DNA from: Delftia acidovorans NBRC 14950
GTDB lineage: Bacteria; Pseudomonadota; Gammaproteobacteria; Burkholderiales; Burkholderiaceae_C
DNA length: 32,000 nt
Reading direction: 5' to 3'
Assembly: GCF_001598795.1 (NCBI RefSeq)
Contig: NZ_BCZP01000009.1
Coordinates: 60,001 to 92,000, forward strand
Part shown: positions 7,239 to 12,690 of the stretch, one piece after another
Layout of the letters: the number at the start of each line of letters is the position of its first letter
Numbering within the stretch: the stretch's first letter is position 1
Made by a program: the position numbers and the translations under genes
Notes under the pieces: model-generated
Seen by the model: only the letters and a program-made list of their open reading frames with translations
What the model was told of the DNA's origin: nothing
Database searches by the model: none

Positions 7239-7607
7239 TCAGGACAGCTGCTTGGCGCCGTCCTTTGCGTCGGCAAACATCTGTGTCTGGTTCTGGGGCA
7301 TGAGCGTCATCACGCCGAACTTGCCCACGTGCATCACCGTCTTGCGCGTGGCTTCCTCGGCGGCCTTGCCATCGGCCGTGGGCCGTGTGTACTTCAGGGT
7401 GTGCGACACGGTCACCTGGCTGGTGCCGGGGATGCGAGTGATCTTGAATTTCACGTCGACATCGCCCTGGCGGTCGTTGTCAACCACGCCGGCCGCCACC
7501 TTGCCCAGTGCGGCGGACAGCATGCGGTCGAACTGGCCGCCGTCGAGGTCGGTAATGAACTCGCTGACGTCTATTTGCGAGGCCGAAGTTTGGGGAACTT
7601 GATGCAT
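7239..7607 (-). CDS. hypothetical phage protein (122 aa)
   Basis: ATG at 7607 is preceded by AAAGGAG. Good codon bias. Confidence 0.7.
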   Translation of the reverse strand: MHQVPQTSASQIDVSEFITDLDGGQFDRMLSAALGKVAAGVVDNDRQGDVDVKFKITRIPGTSQVTVSHTLKYTRPTADGKAAEEATRKTVMHVGKFGVMTLMPQNQTQMFADAKDGAKQLS

Positions 7608-7633
7608 GGAAATGCTCCTTTCGAGCGGTTGGG

Positions 7634-7750
7634 TTAGAGAACAGGGCCAGGGGGAAAGAGAACGAGGGCGGCAAGGCCGGTGCCGTTGATCAGGAACAGC
7701 AGCCAGAAGGCCACCGCCAGGGCTCGTGCGTGCAGCAGGGGGCGCCTCAT
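7634..7750 (-). CDS. tiny hydrophobic peptide (38 aa, one predicted TM helix)
   Basis: MRRPLLHARALAVAFWLLFLINGTGLAALVLFPPGPVL. The start forms an ATGA overlap with the stop of the preceding 46-codon ORF. Confidence 0.45.
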   Translation of the reverse strand: MRRPLLHARALAVAFWLLFLINGTGLAALVLFPPGPVL

Positions 7751-7887
7751 GCGATGCGCTGGAGGGCTCGGGCGCTTATGGAACGCGCGCCTGGGTGGCG
7801 CTCCATGGCATCGCACACTGCCGCGCAGCTGCTGCGTGCGAGAGCGATGTGCGTGAGGGCGCCGATGGTGATCAGAAATGGGCGCAT
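7747..7887 (-). CDS. small protein (46 aa) with hydrophobic N-terminus
   Basis: ATG at 7887 is preceded by AGGAG. MRPFLITIGALTHIALARSSCAAVCDAMERHPGARSISARALQRIA. Below the ORF-track size cut-off; translated by hand. Confidence 0.45.
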   Translation of the reverse strand: MRPFLITIGALTHIALARSSCAAVCDAMERHPGARSISARALQRIA

Positions 7888-8117
7888 GGAAGAACTCCTG
7901 TGGGGTACTGAGGCATGGCCGGCGCGCCAGCGCGCACGCGGCGGCGGGGCAGGTTCACCAGCATCTGGTCAGGGTCAACTTCAACTGTGGGCACCATGCA
8001 CCGCTGCTGTTGCGCTCGGGCGATCGTTGCGGCGATGTCGGTGCAGCGGCTGTCGCGGTATGCGAATGCGCTGCTTGTGAGCGGGATGCTGGGCATGGTG
8101 ATGCGGGCGGCTGTCAT
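7872..8117 (-). CDS. hypothetical protein (81 aa)
   Basis: Internal ATG at 8117 is preceded by AGGAGA. Confidence 0.55.
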   Translation of the reverse strand: MTAARITMPSIPLTSSAFAYRDSRCTDIAATIARAQQQRCMVPTVEVDPDQMLVNLPRRRVRAGAPAMPQYPTGVLPCAHF

Positions 8118-8221
8118 GGCGGCTCTCCTGGTTGGATATGGAAAAGCCGCCTCATGGGCGGCCTGAAGTGCACTGCGGCAGGGCGGTGACAATGGCGCCT
8201 TCAACAATGGAGGAGCCGCAG

Positions 8222-8449
8222 ATGCTGGACGTGACGATGACGAACGGGAAGGCGATGGACCAGGCCATCAACTGGATGCGCACGGCGGCGCGCGAGCTGG
8301 ATGAGCGCTATGGCGAGGGGTATGCCAAGGCCAATCCGCAGCTGGTCGCGGCCATGGTCCAGGCCGCGGCAACGGACCAGCACTTTCAGGGCGTCAATGC
8401 GCTCTCGGAGGCTGTGGTCGAGGCTGCCGATGCGATGCGGGGTACGTAG
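8222..8449 (+). CDS. hypothetical small helical protein (75 aa), opposite orientation to its neighbours
   Basis: ATG at 8222 is preceded by GGAGGAG. High GC3 throughout. MLDVTMTNGKAMDQAINWMRTAARELDERYGEGYAKANPQLVAAMVQAAA... Confidence 0.6.
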   Translation: MLDVTMTNGKAMDQAINWMRTAARELDERYGEGYAKANPQLVAAMVQAAATDQHFQGVNALSEAVVEAADAMRGT

Positions 8450-8643
8450 TGCAGAGCCTGGGGACCGCAGCGGTTCCCAAACTTGAATGGGTCGCGCTCG
8501 AATTCGCAGGCCTTGTCCAGTGGCTTTCCATTGACCGGGTCCGTGCCCTGGTGAGGCGCTTTGCAACGGTCATCGAATCGGCCTGTGTTGGTGCGGTGGT
8601 AGTGAGCGCAGTCCTTGCAGAGCTGCTGCGGTGTAGGGTTCAT
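8386..8643 (-). CDS. small Cys-rich protein (85 aa)
   Basis: ATG at 8643 is preceded by AGGAGG. CKDCAHYH...C...C...C pattern. The 3' 64 nt overlap the convergent gene 8222-8449. Confidence 0.6.
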   Translation of the reverse strand: MNPTPQQLCKDCAHYHRTNTGRFDDRCKAPHQGTDPVNGKPLDKACEFERDPFKFGNRCGPQALHYVPRIASAASTTASESALTP

Positions 8644-8658
8644 GGTGCCTCCTGGCGC

Positions 8659-8688
8659 AAAAGAAGCGGCCCGCTCAGTGGCGGGCCG
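8659..8688 (-). terminator. intrinsic terminator / inter-cistronic hairpin (second copy of the 7185-7214 module)
   Basis: Same CGGCCCGC / GCGGGCCG stem (8667-8674 / 8681-8688), followed on the minus strand by CTTCTTTT. The stop codon of gene 8675-9016 sits in the loop. Confidence 0.6.
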
Positions 8689-9016
8689 TGGGTTGCTCAA
8701 AGAAGGTGGTGCCGCACCATGCATAGAGCAGCATCCCGTCGTCCCGGGTTCGTGCTGCAGACGCACTCGTCTCATCTGTCTGCTTGGTGCGCGCTCCGTA
8801 GAGAGCAAGTTGAGTAACGTTGTCCGTGCCGGGGCCGCGCTTTGCGTGGCTGCGTTTGCAGAGCTGATCCAAGGCTGCTGTTTCCGCCAGATCCCGGAAA
8901 TAGGCGGCGAGCCAGAAAGCGGGGTGATGTGTGCCAGGAGATTCCGGGTAGGGCATGCTCAGATGCTCGGCTCTTGGCTTTCGAGGTGGACGACGCGGTG
9001 GGATGGCATTGGCCAT
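8675..9016 (-). CDS. hypothetical protein (113 aa)
   Basis: Internal ATG at 9016 is preceded by GAAAGG. Basic Pro/Arg-rich N-terminus. Confidence 0.55.
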   Translation of the reverse strand: MANAIPPRRPPRKPRAEHLSMPYPESPGTHHPAFWLAAYFRDLAETAALDQLCKRSHAKRGPGTDNVTQLALYGARTKQTDETSASAARTRDDGMLLYAWCGTTFFEQPTARH

Positions 9017-9110
9017 GGTTGTGCCTTTCGTCAGGTGGATGCATTGAAATAAAAAAGGCCGCAGGTGCGCATCACTACGTTTCCGCATCTCCTAGATTCG
9101 CGCGGCCGGG

Positions 9111-9143
9111 AAAAGAAAAAGCCCGCATCGTGCGGGCTTTTTT
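9111..9143. terminator. bidirectional intrinsic terminator
   Basis: AGCCCGCA / TGCGGGCT stem (9119-9126 / 9130-9137) flanked by an A-run (9111-9119) and a T-run (9137-9143). It lies just downstream of the DUF4124 gene. Confidence 0.85.
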
Positions 9144-9163
9144 TGAGTGTGTGAGGCTGGCTG

Positions 9164-9730
9164 CTATTGACCCAGGCTCGTCTCGATGTCTTTGCGCTCG
9201 GCCAGTAGCCGATCCAGATCACGGCTCAGGCGGCGTTGATCGCTGTCGCACTGGGTTGCCAACGCTTGCATTTCTGTGGAGAGCGAATTCTCATACGTGG
9301 CACCCGCCAGGTTGTTTGTGGCAAACCGCTTGTTGTTTCGTAGACCGGCCATCCGTAGTTCACACTGATTCTTGGCGTTCTCCACGGCGCCGTAGGCATC
9401 GGGAATATGCCGATTCTTGAGATCCGACAGCCTGTTGCGCTTGCGAATGGTGGCGGCTTGGGCATTTAGTCGATCTGCTTCACTCATCGGCTTGGCTGCC
9501 GGCACTGCTGCAGCGCTGTCAGAAGGCTGCGGTGCTGCTGTTACAGCAGCGGGCTTGGCTGCGTGGCCTGCGGCTGGCTTGACATCAATTTCGCCGCCTT
9601 TGCTGCCGCCAGCGCATGGCGTTTCCTGAAATGAAAATCGGCCATTGGCGTCCTGGCACTTGAAAACGGCCCACGCAGGGCTCGTAAAAGCGCATGCCGC
9701 TATTACGGCTGCAAGCATGTGCATTCGCAT
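9164..9730 (-). CDS. secreted DUF4124-domain protein with C-terminal coiled coil (188 aa)
   Basis: Signal peptide MRMHMLAAVIAACAFTSPAWA, then FKCQDANGRFSFQETPC (DUF4124 pattern). GAGGAG SD 10 nt upstream. Has its own terminator. Confidence 0.75.
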   Translation of the reverse strand: MRMHMLAAVIAACAFTSPAWAVFKCQDANGRFSFQETPCAGGSKGGEIDVKPAAGHAAKPAAVTAAPQPSDSAAAVPAAKPMSEADRLNAQAATIRKRNRLSDLKNRHIPDAYGAVENAKNQCELRMAGLRNNKRFATNNLAGATYENSLSTEMQALATQCDSDQRRLSRDLDRLLAERKDIETSLGQ

Positions 9731-10149
9731 TCTCTGGGTTCTCCTCTGTCTGTGATCCGTATCGAGTTGTAGCACAGAGGAGAAATCGCACACCAGCCTG
9801 TGGGGTGTGCGATAGGAATTGTTGCCCGCTGCTTTCCCGGGCTGGTCAGGCGGGATGCATCAGCCCGATGCATCCACAGCCGCCTGCAGTTACCGCGCCA
9901 ATGCAGGTAGGCGCCGCTCTTGCGAGCGATCAGGCCCTGTAGTGTCAACGCGCACCACGCGATGCGCTCGGCCAGGGAGGACCAGGTTTCGCGCGCTTTC
10001 TTTCAGGCTGCAGGCGCGGGACGGGTGCAGTGCGCCTCGGCTTGCCGCCCAGGTCGCGTTCTTATCCCTGTGAATTTTGAAGGACCGGGGCTGATGCCCG
10101 GTCGATGCCGAGTGGCCCAACACGACCTGTGGCGTGTTGAGGTGCACTG

Positions 10150-10217
10150 TAGCGAAACGCTAGAAAATACTCCAGCTATTCGCTAGATAAGTTGACTAGC
10201 GAATGTGGTTATCGCTA
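10150..10217. promoter_or_regulatory. operator cluster at the 3' end of the repressor gene (OL-like)
   Basis: TAGCG-AAA-CGCTA palindrome (10150-10162). ATTCGCTAG-N9-CTAGCGAAT perfect 9-bp inverted repeat (10178-10204). An extra TCGCTA half-site (10212-10217) overlaps the repressor stop codon. Confidence 0.7.
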
Positions 10218-10973
10218 TATACCCCCTTGCCGATAGACAAATTCTCCTTTGATCGCTAGAAGGTCGGAGCTCTCAGGGGGGATGCGCTCGTCAGGGAATC
10301 GACTTTTGTTGGTGTTCCTGCTTTCAAGCACCCAGGAACCATCTATTCCTCTGCGTAACTGCTTGATTTTCAAGCCATCTGGGTGCTGGATGAGAAAGAT
10401 GGCCCCGCTGCGTGGTGATGTCTTTGTGCGGTCGAAAATGACTATGTCTCCGTCCACGATGAAGTCAGCCATGCTGTCTCCGTCGGCCATGATCGCCATT
10501 GCATCTTTTGGTCTAACTCCATAGCGCTCGAACCATGTTCGCTCCTTCGCAAGGCGGCCCTTCAATCTGCTCTCCCAGTTGTTGCTGCCCCCTCCGCAGG
10601 AGCCACGCACATCCCAATATTCGATTGACAGGGTCTCCACCCCGTCCTCCCCTTCTTCGTGGAGGGTAAGTTCGGTCTCGATCGCGTTGGTAGCTTGGTC
10701 AGGCCCGCCCAGATGCTGAGGTAAGGGGGCGTCATTGTCGAACCACCCTCGACGCAGGCGCCACTCATCCTCGATGCGCTCTGCAGCCTTGTCGCCCAGC
10801 GAGCGGGGGCTCTGAGAGCCGTCCTTTTTAGGGGGCAGCAGTGTGCCTGCGAGGACTTGTGTCAGGGTTTGATAGTTCATGCCCGCCCGATCGGCAACGG
10901 ACTTGATCCCCCCTGGCACGGCATCCGCCAGCATCTTCAGTTTGCGTTTTCTGCGCTCAGATCCTGTTTCCAT
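10215..10973 (-). CDS. CI-like repressor, N-terminal HTH plus C-terminal S24 (LexA-like) autopeptidase (252 aa)
   Basis: HTH region IKSVADRAGMNYQTLTQVLAG. Catalytic GDSM ... KIKQL Ser/Lys dyad. Divergent from a Cro-like gene. No SD before the ATG. Confidence 0.9.
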   Translation of the reverse strand: METGSERRKRKLKMLADAVPGGIKSVADRAGMNYQTLTQVLAGTLLPPKKDGSQSPRSLGDKAAERIEDEWRLRRGWFDNDAPLPQHLGGPDQATNAIETELTLHEEGEDGVETLSIEYWDVRGSCGGGSNNWESRLKGRLAKERTWFERYGVRPKDAMAIMADGDSMADFIVDGDIVIFDRTKTSPRSGAIFLIQHPDGLKIKQLRRGIDGSWVLESRNTNKSRFPDERIPPESSDLLAIKGEFVYRQGGI

Positions 10974-10983
10974 AATGCATTTC

Positions 10984-11051
10984 TAGCAAAGTGCTACTAG
11001 CGTTTCATGCGATTCGCTTGTTCGTTGTCTAGCGATAAGCTATATTCGCTA
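10984..11051. promoter_or_regulatory. operator/promoter region between repressor and cro-like gene (OR-like)
   Basis: TAGCA-AAG-TGCTA palindrome (10984-10996), TAGCG (10998-11002), TTCGCT (11013-11018), TAGCGA-N10-TCGCTA (11030-11051). Candidate rightward promoter TTGTTC (11018-11023), 17-nt spacer, TATATT (11041-11046). Confidence 0.7.
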
Positions 11052-11052
11052 C

Positions 11053-11295
11053 ATGACCATTCCGCAGTACTCACCTGAGAGGCGTCGATCCCTGGCCAAG
11101 GAGTTGGGGATCGAAGAGCAGTACCTGTACCAAATCTCGAAGGGTCTGCGGGTGGCCAGTCCAGCACTGGCCCGCAGCCTCAACAGGGTTGATCCTCAGG
11201 CGCAGTTGCAAGACTTGCGTCCTGACGACTGGCATCTGATCTGGCCAGAGTTGGCCTTGCAGCCCATCAGGGCAGAGGGTGCCTGCCGTGTCTGA
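11053..11295 (+). CDS. Cro / YdaS-like HTH regulator (80 aa)
   Basis: LAKELGIEEQYLYQISKGLRVASPALARSL fits the Cro/YdaS-type HTH. Divergent from the repressor. No SD, and the ATG lies 7 nt after the candidate -10. Confidence 0.75.
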   Translation: MTIPQYSPERRRSLAKELGIEEQYLYQISKGLRVASPALARSLNRVDPQAQLQDLRPDDWHLIWPELALQPIRAEGACRV

Positions 11296-11455
11296 TTCGA
11301 TCTTTCCAGACGTGCGTGCGATAGACCGCGCGTACAGCGCTGTCGGCCTGAGCCGGGTCTTTGATCCTGCTTCCGCCGAGGCCGTGGCCCGTGAGCTCTT
11401 TGCGCGCTTGACCCGCCCCCAGCCTGATGAAGGTCGTGAGGTGCGCCATGGCTGA
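11288..11455 (+). CDS. possible small ORF (55 aa, GTG start)
   Basis: GTG overlaps the cro-like stop (GTGTCTGA). GAGGG lies 7 nt upstream. Moderately high GC3. Below the ORF-track cut-off; translated by hand. Confidence 0.35.
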   Translation: MSDSIFPDVRAIDRAYSAVGLSRVFDPASAEAVARELFARLTRPQPDEGREVRHG

Positions 11456-11477
11456 TCACCATTGGTGTGGCCTACGG

Positions 11478-11711
11478 TCATGGCGCGACTGCATCTGCCA
11501 TCCGGCGCAGCTGCTGCACGACTGCTGGACGCACGCTGCCTGTTTCCTCCATGCGTTGCATGCAGAGGTGGCTCCAGCGTCGCAGCTTGGCGACCGTGAA
11601 GCCGCGGCCCTCGCACTCCAGCACGAAGGCCATCTGGCCTACCAGCAGTTCCATTGCATCCATCCAGTCTCGAGTGGTGTCCGCTTCGGGTGTGGTGCGT
11701 TCCTGGTTCAT
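11478..11711 (-). CDS. hypothetical protein (77 aa) encoded antisense to the rightward early operon
   Basis: ATG at 11711 is preceded by AAAGGA. High GC3 and protein-like sequence (MNQERTTPEADTTRDWMDAMELLVGQMAFVLECEGRGF...). Confidence 0.6.
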   Translation of the reverse strand: MNQERTTPEADTTRDWMDAMELLVGQMAFVLECEGRGFTVAKLRRWSHLCMQRMEETGSVRPAVVQQLRRMADAVAP

Positions 11712-11741
11712 CGCTTCTTGTCCTTTCGAGGGTGAGTGCTG

Positions 11742-12263
11742 ATGTCCACGACTTTCTCAATTTCTCTGCCTGGCGGATATGGCGGCGTGGGCCCAGCGGC
11801 CGACACTCAGCTGGGGATGGACGAGATCCTGGCTGCGCAGCAGGCAGCCCAGGCGTTCAAGGGCGGGGTGCCTGCGCTGGCCCAGGCCATGGGCATATCG
11901 CCCAACACGCTGCAGCACAAGCTCAACCCGGGCAGCACGCGCCATCACCTGACCCTGCGTGAGTCCATTGCTCTGCAACGCATCACGCGCGACGTGGGCG
12001 TGATGCGCGCCATGGCCAAGGCCCTGGGCTATGTCTGTGTGCTGGCCACGCCAGACCAGGGAGAGGGCGACCCTGTGCAGGCATTCGCCAATTTCCAGGG
12101 CGAGGTGGCCGACTTCTCCCGCGCCATCGCCGACGCCATGGTCCACCAGCCTCCCAGCCCCAACGCCCAGCGCCGCATCGACTACCGCGCACAGGAAGTG
12201 ATTGCGGCCACGTGCCACATGGTGAGCACCACGGCGGCCATGGTTCCAAAGCGGGCGACCTGA
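11742..12263 (+). CDS. phage regulatory protein CII (CP76 family)-like (173 aa)
   Basis: LAQAMGISPNTLQHKLNPGSTRHHLTLRESIALQRITRDVGVMRAMAKALGYV matches the CP76/CII pattern. GAGGGTGAG SD before ATG 11742 (the GTG at 11736 is also possible). Confidence 0.7.
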   Translation: MSTTFSISLPGGYGGVGPAADTQLGMDEILAAQQAAQAFKGGVPALAQAMGISPNTLQHKLNPGSTRHHLTLRESIALQRITRDVGVMRAMAKALGYVCVLATPDQGEGDPVQAFANFQGEVADFSRAIADAMVHQPPSPNAQRRIDYRAQEVIAATCHMVSTTAAMVPKRAT

Positions 12264-12273
12264 CATGTTTCCA

Positions 12274-12372
12274 GCGACCACCCTAAGCCACAACCACCAC
12301 GGCCTGGCCTTGTCCGCCATTCGGGCCTGCACCTCTATCTCCCTGCTGATTCGTGGTGGTCAGGGTGGTCGC
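12274..12372 (+). other. long interrupted inverted repeat in the primase leader
   Basis: GCGACCACCCT (12274-12284) pairs with AGGGTGGTCGC (12362-12372). ACCACCACG (12293-12301) pairs with CGTGGTGGT (12352-12360). That gives 20 bp in total, with a 50-nt apical region. Confidence 0.6.
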
Positions 12373-12690
12373 TCCTTTCTTGCCGCACTCGCGGCCCAAC
12401 GCACGCGTGGGGGTGACAGCCCATGCGCACGCACAACAGCAGGCACCAGCATGCACACATCTCCCTCGCGCCCCGCCCCGGCCGCGCGCACCCTGTTCCC
12501 CGCCCCCCTTTGCTTTCAGGAAGGCGCGCACACGCGCCTGTCAGTTGGGGGGTGGATGGCTTTGTCGCTTTTTTGCAACGGCTGCTTAAAAATTAAGCAA
12601 ACCGATCACGGGTCCTTCCTGGCGAGCTTCAAAGCGGGTAATTCGAACCTTTTCCGCCGGGTAGTCAGTGGCGCTGGGAGTTACTGACTG

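Noticed and set aside
9040-9075. Possible extra terminator (AAAAAAGGCCGCAGGTGCGC)
   Set aside because: The flanking sequences do not form a convincing stem (GCGCA versus TGCGG mismatches). Only the T/A run is present.
9819-10186. ORFs of 84-88 aa on both strands in the repressor-distal gap
   Set aside because: They are Arg/Ser/Pro-rich, have no SD and have mutually overlapping frames. The region is better explained as structured non-coding DNA, although a decayed pseudogene cannot be excluded.
12265-12687. 140-aa plus ORF filling the primase leader
   Set aside because: It has no SD and a poor, low-complexity translation, and it spans the hairpin and C-tracts. It is treated as non-coding.
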